This document shows, piece by piece, positions 44,616 to 57,309 of a DNA stretch of 64,000 nt (positions are counted from its first letter, which is position 1; every line of letters begins with the position of its first letter). Source of the DNA: the human T2T-CHM13v2.0 reference genome, Homo sapiens. Under the pieces are notes generated by a model. It was not told the origin of the DNA. It saw only the letters and a program-made list of their open reading frames with translations, and did no database searches. The translations under genes were made by a program, and so were the position numbers. The stretch lies in NCBI RefSeq assembly GCF_009914755.1, contig NC_060933.1; one strand, 5' to 3'.

Positions 44616-45869
44616 GTCTCTCTCTCTCTTGCTCTCTCTATCTCTCTTTCTCTCTTCAAGCCTGCTGTATTTTCCTCTCACATGCAAATGGCCAATCCAC
44701 TTTATATCTCACAGTCCAAATCCTGGACAGAGCCAGGTGAAACAGCTAATTGTGATCTTTGTGCTAGGCCTCCTCAAAGGTCACCTACCAGCCTAGGAAT
44801 GGGCTGCCCTTGAGTCAGGTGCCCATGCCTGGTCAGGCTCTGACCACTGTTTTGCGAAAATCAACCTAACACAGCTTGCCTGTGTAGGGGCTGAGGTTGA
44901 AGCAGTTTTAACCAGCAGGGGAAGTTGGGCTGGGCAGACACTGTGATGCATATATCATATGTTTGCACTAAAATATTGAAAAATGCCCTAATTATTAAAT
45001 TCAATGAATGCTTCCCAATTTTTGCCTTACCTGACCTCTCTGGAGTGTTTTATATGGTCGACCACCCACTCTTTGATACTTCTAACTTCTTTACTTTCAC
45101 TTAACTTCTTTCCTTTCCTTTCACTAGAGTCTAGTTCTCGCGTTACCACTCTTGTCGATCTCTGTTGCTGGTTTCTCTTCCCCACTCACCTTTTACTTTG
45201 AAGAAGCAGCTAGCCCATGACATTACCGACATGGACATAACATCTAAGATGTTCTTCATACCTAAGCTCTTGTTCCCCAGTGTTTCTTCAACCTGTACGT
45301 GTGTGAAAGCAACCTGGAGGGTGTAGATAGCGACTCAGGGGTTCTGTCTATTAACCGCAATTACAGGGCACTGAAGAGCTCTAGTGCCATGGTCAGGAGT
45401 TAGGAGTTATTTACTATTCTAGAGGGAAAGAACTTTGCTTGTTAATATCACAGAATTCCTCCTCTATCCCTGTCCATCACAAATTTTTGAAGTGTTCTCC
45501 ATATCTACCAACATATGACATATCTACCAACATGAAAGCTGTTCACTTCAGACCAATCATTTTTGTAGTCACTAGCTGTACCTCCTGCTGTAACGTCTTA
45601 TGCCACTCATCCGACTTTCAGGCTCTCTTGCTGGAAACGAGCCAAAGAATATTTAAACCTAAAGCAGAATTTAAGTCCATGGGTTTTCCTATCTGCTTTT
45701 ATTTTAAATCTCATCATTTTTATATGAACTTCCCTCTTTTAAGGACATTCCTATAGAAACCAAAAGGAAGAAATGCATCATTTAGAGCTGTGGGGTGAGA
45801 GGGCGCGGGAGGCAGATTTCCTTCCCTTTTAAATCAGACTGCCGGGGGACCTAACTATATACTTCCTGT

Positions 45870-46140
45870 TCTTTTTTTTAGAATTAATATACAGTAGAAT
45901 TGACTTTTTCTCTGTGTGTAGTTCTATGAAATTTACTACATATATAAATTTGATTTACCACTACCACAAACAAGATACAGTAATGTTTTATCACCTCAAA
46001 AACTCCTTCCTGCTCTCTCTCTGCAATCAAAGCCCACCTCCACCCCAAGACCTGGCCATCACTTACATGTCCTCTACCACTATGGTTATGTCTTCTAGAG
46101 AACATTGTAGAAATGGAAGCATACAGAGTATAGCCTTCTA
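45870..46140 (-). mobile_element. L1MB/L1MC-like 3' end fragment
   Basis: tacagtagaattgac...gttctatga...tatcacctcaaaa...aaatggaagcatacag. Confidence 0.65.
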
Positions 46141-47257
46141 TCATAGTTGTCTTATGTATTATGTCCACATACATTGAAAATGCCATCAGATGGTGTTGTA
46201 TTTTTTGCTTTCAAACCATCAAAAAACAACAGAATAAAAATAATATATTAGCCCATATATTTATCATTTCCATTGCTCTCTTTTTTTTTCTTAAGGCTCC
46301 AACTTTTCTTCTGGTATCATTTCTCTTCTTTCTGAAGAATTTCCTGTAGCAGCTCTTTTGGAAGATGTATGCTGGAAAACAATGAGAATTCCTTCCTCTG
46401 AGAATGTCTTTAATTCAGGTTAATTCTTGAAGAATATTTTTCCTGGATTTAGAATTTGAGTTGACAGTTATTTTCTTTTAGTACTTTGAAAATATTTTTC
46501 TACTTTCTTCTGGCTTTCTTGGTTTCTGATGCAAAAACACAATCATTCCAATGTCCCCCCTGTAAGTAAGGCATCATTTCTCTTGGGTTCTTTTCTTTTT
46601 GAGATTTGCTTCCTTATCTGTAGAATTCAGCGGTTTGTTGTGCTGCACGTGAGTGTGCATTTCCTTAGCTTTATCCAATTCAGGTTTACCGAGTCTCTTG
46701 AATCTGTAGGTTTGTGTCTCTTGTGAAATAAGTTTTTAGCCATTGTTTTTGCAAATATTTTTCTTCACTGAACTCTTTCTCCTCTATGTCTGAAACTTTA
46801 ATAACAGACATGTTAGGTGTTTTGTTGTTGTTTCATGGTTCCCTGAGACTCTGTTCAATGGTGTTGTCTCTATTGTTCAGATTGGATAACTGCTATTTTC
46901 CTGTCTTCAAGTTCACTGGATTTCTTCTATCATCTCCATTCTGCTTTTGAACTATCCAGTGGCTTTTTAATCTTAATGACCTTATTTTTCAGGCCAAAAA
47001 TTTCCGTTTTGTTCTTTATATCTTCTATTTCCTCCTTAAGGCTTTCTAGCATTTCATTTGTTTCAAAAGTATCTGCCCTTATTGTTGGAGGATTTAAATA
47101 ATCCTTGCTCTTAAATGTTTTTTCTGATAATTCCAACACCTTCATCATCTCTGTACTGGCATCTGTTTTTGTTTTCCCTCATGTAAAAGGAGATTTTCCT
47201 AGTTCTTCATAGACTGAAAAAATTTGGATTGTTTCTTGGACATACTGAATATTGTGT

Positions 47258-48280
47258 TGTGTTAGTTATCTCTTGCTGCATTACAAATTACTCCAAAACT
47301 CAGTTGCTTGAAACAACATTTATTGTCCCATTGTTTCTTTAGTTTGGGCCTAGTTGAGTCCTCTGCTGTGGGGTCTCTCAAAGGGCTACAAGCAATATGT
47401 TGACCAAGGATCTGTGATCTTATCTAAAGGCCCAATTCAGCTAAACTGGTGGTCACTGGCAGCATTTAGTTCCTTGCTGGCTGTTGAACTGAGGACCTCA
47501 GTTCCTCTCTGGCTGTTGACTAGAGGCCACCATCAGTTCTTTTTGACATGAGCCTCTCTCACACGGCAGCTTGCTTCATCAAAGTGTGTAAGCCAAGAGG
47601 GCAATAAGTTAGAGTACTGAAGATAGAATACAGAGTATAGAGGCAGAACACAGAGTATGCAGACATTGCACATTAGCAGGACAGAAGCCAGAGTGTTTTA
47701 TAACCCAATCATGGAAGGGATAGCTCAAGATTTTTACCATAGTCTCCCACAGTTAAGGGAAGGGGATATGAAACTCAGTATCTGGGATCATCAGGGGATA
47801 TCTTAGAAGTCCGCCTACTGGTGGAAGCAACCCAAGTGTCCATCGATGGATGGATGAATAAACAAAATGTGGCACACACACACAATGGAATCATATTCAA
47901 CCTTAAAAAGGAAGGAAATCCTGACACATGCTATACAACATGGATGAACCTTGACGACATCATGCGGAGTGAAATAAGCCAGACACAGAAGGACAAACAT
48001 TGTATGATTCCATTTATATGAGGTAACTGGAGTCATCAAATTCATAGAGATGGAAAGAACGGCAAGGGAAATGAGGAATGGGGAGTTAGAGTTGAATGGG
48101 TACAGAGTTTCATTTGGGGAACACACAAAAGTTCTTGAGATGGATGGTGGTGATGGTTGCACACCAGTGTGGATGTACTTTATGCCACAGAACCATACAC
48201 TTAAAAATTATTCAAATGGTAAATTTTATGCTTTGTATATTTAACACCACAATTTTTGAAAAAGAAGTCTGCCTACCACA
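47258..48280 (-). mobile_element. MLT1 LTR (47258-47818, with terminal bases to 48280)
   Basis: tgtgttagttatctcttgctgc...tgcctaccaca; flanks TGTGT/CATGT. Confidence 0.75.
47819..48262 (+). mobile_element. L1MB-like 3' fragment inserted in the MLT1
   Basis: 14-bp TSD AGAAGTCCGCCTAC / AGAAGTCTGCCTAC (47805-47818, 48263-48276); typical L1MB 3' UTR. Confidence 0.88.
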
Positions 48281-51200
48281 CATGTTACGAGATTCTGGGT
48301 CTTGTTAAAATCTTATGGAGAATGTTGATATGATTTTTAGGAGGCATTTGACCTCACTGGGTTTAGGCTGCAAGTTCCAACCAGCCTTCTGAGGGTGATA
48401 GTTCCATCATCAGTTCAGTGTCCAAAATCGTTGCAGCACTGTTTGGATCTGTCCCATGTGTGCACCACGCAGTAGCCAGTTTGGGACATAGTCGACCATC
48501 TATCCCATAACACACTTCTCAATGTCTGTGCTGTGCAGGGTCAGCCCCGTGCATGCGCTCCTCAGGGGTAAGCTCAGGAACTGCTAACTCTAAGGGGTCA
48601 CTTTCCCAAGGACCTCCCTCTCCATGTCTCCCTGGAACTTTTCAGCCTGGCCTTTTCAGTCCTCCGGCTGGAAGGCTGGTGCTCTGCCCTGCACCTACTG
48701 TCACTGTGCTCACTTCCAGGGCCAAGCGGTGGGAGGACAGATGGAAATAAAAAGCAAAAGGGAATTTGCCACCTTCTTGGGACAATGGCTCCTCCACTAA
48801 GGCAGGAGGATTCCCTCCCGCAGAGTTTTCACCCCTGACGGTTCCTGCTGCCACTGCTTCTTATGTGGGTTTGGGGCAGGCACGAGAAAATGGGCAAAAA
48901 AGAAAGAGAAATAGGAAATTTCTCCCTCTCTCTCTGAGCATTTGGTGTTTTCTTCTCTACTCCTTGACTGGAGGAGGGTTTCTTCTAGAGACCTCTCTGA
49001 TCACACCCTGATGTCCACTTCCGGGTTTTGGATTTTGATGAGTTCGGCCCAGGGCATCCTGGAGGGGAACAAATGGCAAAGTGCCGCTATTTCGGTGGGG
49101 CTTTGGAGCCTGGTCTTCGTCCTCGGTGCTTCTGCTTACTGTTTACTTTTCAGAGCCCTCAAATGGCTGACCCATGCACCTGTCTGGGTTTTAAGCTGTG
49201 TTCAGTGAGAGAGATGGGGTGTGCTTACCCCGTTTTAAGCCTGGCTCTGACTTTGGCATTTAACAAAGGACTCCATCCGCCTTCCCACCCCCATTCCCCA
49301 ATCACTCACCCAGTTATGCTATTAATATGAATTGAATGCCTACTATGTACCACAAACTATGAGGGCAAGAGAAACATTGCATCTTGAAGGTATTTAGAAC
49401 ACAATCCCATCCAAGACACAGCTTCCTAGATTTCACCTACATTTCACCTTCCTGGATTTCACAACTTACTGGCTTCCCACGCCCCTCCCCTCCCCGTTTA
49501 TGCTCACAGTAGATATAAGAAAAGTGAGTGGGTTTTGTGTTTTCTTGTTTCCTTGAGAAGGCAAGTACATATATAAGCCTGAAACCATCCTTACTTCCAA
49601 GCTCTGTGGGTGAGGCCGAGGGCTTTGGAAAGAGTGATATTTTCAAACACACAGGTTTGTGGTTTTTGAAAGAACAGAAAGCATAAAAGCATAACATCTT
49701 GTAGGATTACTTTCGGCTGAAGACCAATTGATGTGACATCTGAAAATAATCAAATAAGTGTCTTGTTTTGAGCCTGCAAATAAGTTTGTGAAACTTTGGG
49801 AGGAAATTCTCCACTTATGGAAAAAAAAAAATAAGAAAAATTGAAATTGAGATCATGGGGTAAGAACAAAGAACGGGAATTATGAGAGTGCTTTGAATTG
49901 TTAATAGCATTTATATTTGTAAAAATGAATCTCTCTAAAAAGGTGGAAGTGGCTAATAATCTTAAATCACCTAACACGGCACATGCCCCAAACCCTGATA
50001 ACCTCCAAATTCCATTGCTTATAATCATTTTTTGGAGCATTCCAAAAACTCGAAGTTGCTGCACAATGCACGGAACTCTGGATTTAAAATTTTTGAAGCC
50101 CTTGATTTTTTTTTTTTTTTCCTGAAAGATCTTACATTTGGAAAGAAGTCAAGGTATAGTCTAACCCCAGAAGATCAAAATATATTGAACTTTTTTTGTA
50201 AAGATGATAACAGCCAAGAAAACAAAAATTGAAGTGAACACGATGATGAAGAGAGTAAAGAAAGATAAAGACAAGGCTGAAGGTGGCATTCATAAAAGTC
50301 CCAGCGCTGAAGGGAGAGGCTGTGCTTGAAGAAGAAAAAGTCTGCTAGCCACGGTAAGACAAATTAAGACGGGTTGGTGAGGATACTCTGAGGCAAAGAA
50401 AATTCAACGTTATCAAAAACCCATGCTCAAGTTAGGAGAGACTGCAGTAAAGAGAAACTTCCCTCTTGCTTCCATGGTTAAAGGGTGACTTAGAGTTCCT
50501 GCACTGTTTCATTAATATACAAGTCGAGTGTTGCTAATACCAGTGGGGATGACAGACAGTTTTACTTTGTGAATTTCTGGTTTCTAATGATGCATTTGAG
50601 CTTTATTTTTTACAGCTGTCCTTGTCTTAATCCTTTACTTTTTTCTCCCTGGGGTTTAATGGTTTCTAGTTACATATCAGCATTTTAAGCAGCATGTTGC
50701 CCGTCAGGCAGCACAAGGCTTCTGATGGTTATGGCATTTGGGTCACCACTAGTTCTCTGGAAGGGCAAGTGCTCCTGTGAACAGCACAGCAAACTCCCTC
50801 GTATGATTGGAACACGGCAGCGCAGGTTCAGGGCGCATGCTAGAAATCCAACCAAATGCCTTTTGCAAACAGCAGCTCAATGAGGATTCCTGCCACGAGG
50901 CAAAATGCTTGGAAAGTTACTATGCGCTGGCATCACTGGGTTTGGGGTCAGCATGCTGAAACCGGGACTCATTATGTTCCTACCATGCCAACTTGGTGCA
51001 ATTAGCCTAACACGATAATTTCCTGAAGCCATATGTTGATCTTTAGGGGAGGTAGGGGAGGGAAAGCTTCATACGCCTGATGGCTCTAAGCTCTGACTGG
51101 CATGTCCCAGCTTCCAGCAAATTTCTGTAAATCAAGATAACACACAGCAATCAAAGATGAGGTCGGATGGCCAGCCTGGACAGAGAGAAAACTTAGAGCA

Positions 51201-52491
51201 GGGTTATGTACTTGTTGCAGAGAGTGGGGCTTTTTCTTTTCTTTCCAAGGAGGGTTTCAGAGAAAGGTCATAGGGGTAGCACTGTGTGTAAGGCTGTTCC
51301 TCCCCACCCCGCCCCCACCCAAATCAAATCAACAGAAGGACCTAGAATACAATAAGTTATGTTCCAGGGCTGCATGGCCTGTATTCCCATTGGAGACCTA
51401 TCAATGTGAACTAGCACTGTTGGGAAATCTCCTCAGCTACCCCTGTTAATCAATACCTCTGTTCATTATACAGCTTTGATGAATATGGCTAATGATTGGG
51501 TGCCCAAGAGTCAGGTGACTAAAAATAACTGCTCCTTACTGAGGATCTATAGATTTTCCCCCCAGTATTACTTCAGGCAATTCAATATTCTCTGCTGCCC
51601 CTCTCCAAGCCCCCACCAATGCGATCCTCTCTAGTCTTCATTGATAGATCAGCTCTGGCCTCAGAGCAGCTTTATTAAATTAGTAGCAATTAATCTACTG
51701 TCATATTGTCAACTGACACAGGGCAAACTAGCAGGCGGCAAGCCTTCCAGTGGCTCAGGAGAGCAAGTTGCCACAACCCAGGCAGTTTTGACTAGCTTTG
51801 TGCCAAGAGCTGCCTTCATGGGTGTCTCTTCACTGAACAGGAGTATTTCCATCATTTGATAGCATTTAAAACAACTTTTTTTTTTTCCTAAGGAGAAGGG
51901 GGAGCTATTCGAGGGAGAATTCTTGCCGATTACAGACTTATTATGACAGATGAAAAGATCATAATTATACTTGGATTCCCTGCAGGAGTGCCTTAACACA
52001 TCTGTGACATCTAATAACCACATGCCTCAATGGGAGGCTGACTTTTCCAAAGTTGCTTAACCTTTCATTTCTTTGCTGTCACCGAAAACCCATCTATGGG
52101 TGCTCAGAGAAATCAAGGAGGGAGACACCATCAAGGCTAGGTGGCTGGCATCCCTGATGCTTTGGGAGAGACACTCAGTCAGTGATACCTGAGCCTGGGT
52201 AGCTCCCTACTGGGGGCCTGAGGGGTACAGGCAGCCTGTCCAGAGGCCTGAGGCCAGGGCATCGCTCTAGAGTCCAGGTAGCTTAGGTGTCTGCGTTAGA
52301 GTCCAGGGAAAACTGGAGAGGTGGGTAGGACAACCTGGGGAGATTTGAGCAGATCTGGTTCTGCAGATGAACAGACAATACTAAATCGAAGGGGAGATTT
52401 CAGCAAAAGTTATAGTCTTGGTTAGTCTAATTTTTAACTTGGATTGGTTTAAGAGGTGGGGGTGATATTAAACACTGCTGAGTTGAAAGCA

Positions 52492-52718
52492 GTTTTTATA
52501 TAATTTCAACTTTTATCTTAGATACAGGGTGAACATGTGCAGCTTTGTGAGATGGGTGTATTGTGTGACACAGAGGTTTGGGGTACGAATGGTCCCATCA
52601 CCCAGGTGGTGAGCACAGCACCCAATAGGCAGCCTTTCAGTCCTCGCACCCCTCCTCCTCTCCCCAGTGTTTACTGTTCCCATCTTTATGCCAATGTGTG
52701 CCCAACGTTTAGTTCCCA
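52492..52718 (-). mobile_element. Short L1PA15/16-like 3' end
   Basis: tttcaacttttatcttagatacaggg...gaggtttggggtacgaatggtcccatcacccaggt. Confidence 0.8.
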
Positions 52719-53351
52719 AAACGCACCTTCTCTACGCTTCATCCCATAGTCCCCAGGCAGGACGACAGGAGGAGGAAATGTTGCTGATTATGACATCTTT
52801 CCATCTGCCAGTTTTATTTCTAGATTATAACAAGGACAATTTGTGGAAAGTTGCTGCCAAGAGACTATAAACTGAAAGACAAGCATTCAGTGTGAAAAAA
52901 TATGAAGTCATCATCCTGGTGGCTGCTGTCCACAAATTTGAAAGGGTTGGGAAGAAAATTTATTTTTGAAAAGCTCAGGTGCAAAGACACCTAAGTTCTT
53001 CCTTTAGTCTTCTTTTCCTCAAAAGAGCAGGGGCAAAGGCTTTGGGAAAAGGACTTCTGGAAAGTCACAGAAAAGGCATCCCTGATAGCTGTGGGAAGGA
53101 AGATGGAGGGCAGTGTCTGCTGTGCTCCATTGGGAGCGGCCAGGACCTCTGCAGCTCTGACCCAGCTTTGCCATCTGAGCAAAAGATGAGCTTGGTCTTC
53201 CTGAGAAATCTATTAAATAATACAGTGGTTGAGCTTGGCTCTGAGTTCACCAACAAGTGTGCTTAAATAAGGTGAATTACACTGTGAGCTGAAGGGCTGC
53301 TCGGTGTATTTTGTAAAGATCTACTGGAGCGTGTGGAGGTTTCTTGAAATC

Positions 53352-53430
53352 AGAAAGGTAAGAAGAGATCAGTGACTGATAAATCTTTAATATAAAAATT
53401 GTACAAGAATTTTGATACAAATTACAAGAG
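53352..53430 (-). terminator. Distal polyadenylation site of BNC2
   Basis: ATTAAA at 53391-53386. Three upstream UGUA (CFIm) motifs appear on the plus strand as TACA at 53402, 53416 and 53423. Downstream pyrimidine-rich element TCTCTTCTTACCTTTCT. Confidence 0.8.
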
Positions 53431-56400
53431 GTATTTGGACAAAATATGAATAAAATTCCATTTACATCCCCAAACCCTTATGCATTTTATGCAAAAGACA
53501 TACTGTAGGCAGTTATAGTACAGAAAATACAACCAAAGTAACAGCAAATTAAAAAATTTAATTACCTTAGCCTACCAATAAAAACAAAAAGCAAAACAGA
53601 ACAAAACAAAAATAAAACCCTTGTTCAAGGTACATACAGTATTTAGGAAGCTACCAACGTCACAATGATTAGATCAGGGTGATGCACACTGTCCCATCCC
53701 TTGGTGCAGTTACCTTTTGAAGTACAGACTTTGATTCTGCGGCAGGCTTATTGCAAGAGACTGGTTTTATGCAGATGAGAACAATATAAACAAAAAAAAG
53801 GAATAAACAGCTAAACTCTGGGAGAGGGAGAGGACATATCTTAGTGAAAATTCCTTTTCTTCAAGATATTTCAACTCCCTCTGGCCACTTTTGCTGTCAA
53901 ATATGGAGGCTGAGTCCAATAATTTTGTTACTGGAGACACACCAATGGGTCTGGAGTAAGAAAGGTGTGTGTTCTCCCAGCTGTGTGAGGGATCTTGCTA
54001 GTTCTAAAAGGCCTAGTCCATCACCAGCAGGAGAGAACAGAGAACTGGCTTTCCCAGATCCCCAACCAGCCCCTTCCCCTCACCTTTGGGGAGGCAGAAA
54101 AGCAGCAAGGACTTCATGGAAGAAGCCAGGCAAGGTGTGAGGGGAGAGGGGAAATGGGCATTTGCCTCACTTGGAAACCACCCACTGGTGTGTCAGTCAT
54201 CCTCATACTGCTGAGTGAGCTACACATGAAAAGCCCAGGTCGTCTCAAGCCCAAGTCTTCTCCCCATTTCTCGACCGTCCTCACCCCTCTGACCTTCATG
54301 TACCCAGGTTTAGCTCTCCTGCATTCTTTATACTGGCACTGGCAGGAAAATGGTGAGATTCTCTGCAGGGCAGCTGAACCAAAGTTTGCACAGGAAAGCA
54401 AATGCACCATATACTAGAAATCTTAGATAGTCTTATCAGGTTAAGATATAATACTAGAACATCTCATTCACTTAATTCACGTTATGCAAACCCTGGACAG
54501 GGTAGAACACGTTTCCAAAGCAATTAAAACCAAGATGAGGGAGGGCGTGTTCTACCTTCTTGCTCAAACATGATTTATTTTTTAAGGGGGGTTGGTGAGA
54601 TCCGAAGAGCAAAGGGTGGGATTGAGAAAGACAATGGAAAAGTCAGAGGAGATTAAGATACACAATGAGAGGAATGGATTACTCTGTACAAAAACATGCA
54701 AAAATACTCCAAATTGGGGACTAGATTTAAAAAAAGAAACAGCCTTGGTGTATACATCTCAAGTGAACCTATTAACTCAGCACATTGTCTGGGAGCTCAA
54801 GAGCATCATACCTCATGAATCATCCTTCTCGCAGTGGCCACAGCACCGATTCACAGATGGGGTAGAGGATGCTTTGTCTCCTAGCATGGAAAAGGCAGGC
54901 AGTGAGGCTCCCACTGAAACAGTGCCAGGTCAGTTCACCTTGCAGGGACTGGCGCTTTCTCCCTCTCTTTTGAAAAACATATCCAGGGCCAGATGAATGG
55001 AGCTCTCTCACACACCCAGGGTCTCCCCAGAGTCACCTCTCAATCCTTGCATTCCATGACAGAAGTGGGCAGAGCCAGTTAATAATTGATGGATTTGCCA
55101 TCTTAGCTGTGCATTATCTCAACATCACATTTGGCAACAGGAAGCCCTATAAAATCTTGGTATAGCACTTAGATACTCTCTCTTCAAGAAATATACTTTC
55201 AATACTATCTACTTCTCTCCATTTTTCTTAAAATACTTCTTTCTGCTCTTCCTTCCCTTCAAAGATTCTTTTTTAAAAAAGTGAAACAAAGCATTAAAAA
55301 AACTATTACAAACGTCCTTAAGCATCCCTGTTATTTTAGAGTTAAGGGGAGAAAGCTAGTATCAGCGAGCAGAACTTGTGCAATTTTGGCAACTGGTTTT
55401 TCAATTAGGATTCTATTAAGATGTCTGATAAACGATTGTAACATATACATACTGAGGAACTTAAGAAGTATCATGTCAACTAATTGCCTTTGCTCGAACC
55501 CAAGAGTCCTTGCTCAAAGTGCTTTTCTTCCCAGTCCCCACACTGGTTCATGAAATTATTTAGCACAGATTTGTCAACATAGACCTGTTACATTGTCTAT
55601 CCCTAAATCTGCTGCTGTTCTCTCCTTGCTAAAGTTCATATGGAAGATGATACCGATACCTGCACGTGTCTTACCTGGCTGACTAATATCTTACTGAAAT
55701 GTGACTGTTTGTAATGGGGCCAACTATCTTCTCTGAGATGCGCTGCGGGAAGGTTGGAAGGAAGCATGGCATCCCCTAGTCCCAGAAAGAAGACGCTTGA
55801 TAGATCTTGCACTTCATTTAGTCACTAACTAGTCACTTTCCAACCATCATTTGAGTATTTCAATATACAAAAATAGCAGCCAATCTTTGGGCTCAGGGCA
55901 TTTTGGAATATAACATTTTCATGTATTCTTCCTTTGTACCTTTGGTCCCCATCACTCGATTTTCTAAAGCTCCCTGTACTTGTACTTACCAAAGTTCTTC
56001 AAAGTGGAGAATTTACCTTTTACTCATAGGGTGGTCCTTGTTTTAACGATTAAAGTCAAAAGCCTGACGCCATCTTTTTTAGATTGTCAGTCCAGTTTGA
56101 CAAAAGTTAATCTATCATGTTACACTATGGATTTGGAGGGGTCATTGAAAGATGCATTTGTACACCTACGTCCATGGTTTGATGCCAAGGATAAGAAAAA
56201 AAAATGACCACTGTGCGTAACCAGTTTACAACATGTGCACTTTTTGAAGGGGAAGAAAAATATTTTAATCTTTTCCCTACAGATTAGGGGGCAATATAAT
56301 CTTACTTATGCCACTGACTTGCAGGAAAATTTGCTCTAATTATAGGGCCACACCCATTACTCTCAAGATGGAATTGTTAACACTTAAGTTTTCAAAGAAG

Positions 56401-56565
56401 CAAAGGATGCCGTCACAGACAGCATCTCTCTACTGACCCTTTATTTAAGAAGTCATCTTGTTACTGTCCACTTAATAGCTGGAGAGGGCATCGAGAGGCA
56501 GCCTTGGGCTTCCCACAGATACAGTAGGTGTGTGTATGTGCTTGTATGTTAGGAGGGGAGAATAA

Positions 56566-56584
56566 GAGGGAAGGAGAGAGAGAG

Positions 56585-56620
<36 letters not shown>
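56566..56620. repeat. (GA)n microsatellite in the 3' UTR
   Basis: Visible GA run. Confidence 0.92.
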
Positions 56621-56623
<3 letters not shown>

Positions 56624-57236
56624 ACTGATTGTGGATGTGTGTGTACATCAGGGAACTCGATGGGAAAGCCTAGCCCTTGTAGTCAATTTCTCCTTCACAA
56701 GGGGATAAACAGGCAATTACGCATCCTTTTATATTTGATGGCCAAGTGCTGAACTGGAAAGCACACTATTAGTTTGTGTCCCTTCAGGGCCAGGGCAATA
56801 AGTAGCCAGGAGAGCTGGGCTGAAGCAGAGAGGGTGTTGTCTGCTGTTAGTGTGACAGTCTTGTCAGCAGCGTTCACATTACTGGAAGGTAATAAAGTGA
56901 CAAGTATGTTATTAGAAAGATACGAGGTGAAATTGAACTGAAGCTTCTTGCTGCTCAGCCCTGGCTTTTTTCTTTCCTCTTTTGTAATGGTCCACTATTT
57001 GTTACAGACTGAGCCTTGGTCTTCATATCCTATATAAAAAAGATTTTTTTTTTCCTGCAGTAAAGGTCAAATGAATTTACAACAGCACTTTAGAGGAGAA
57101 GAATAAAGATAGTTTTATGACAACTATAGTATGTTGCTCCAAAAATATATATAGCATTATAATGAACAATAATGCTGATCCAATTCAGTGTACATGTAAA
57201 AATGCTTAGTTTTTTTTTTTTTTTAACCTCCTGTTA

Positions 57237-57309
57237 TTTGGATTTGGATTAAAATCATTTGGATTAAAAAAGATTTGGATTAATCTTTTGGATTAAAAGC
57301 ATTTGGATT
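57237..57309. repeat. Six-copy TTTGGATT(A) motif array in the 3' UTR
   Basis: TTTGGATT at 57237, 57243, 57258, 57274, 57287 and 57302. Confidence 0.9.

Larger units (their letters stand above)
46140..49250 (-). mobile_element. Old L1M 5'/ORF1 region interrupted by MLT1 and L1MB
   Basis: ORF 46930-47148 encodes an ORF1p-like coiled coil (ESLKEEIEDIKNKTEIFGLKN); sequence resumes after 48280. Confidence 0.65.

Noticed and set aside
57237-57309. CRISPR-like reading of the repeat-spacer pattern
   Set aside because: Units are 8 bp with spacers of at most 8 bp, in a mammalian UTR with no cas genes.
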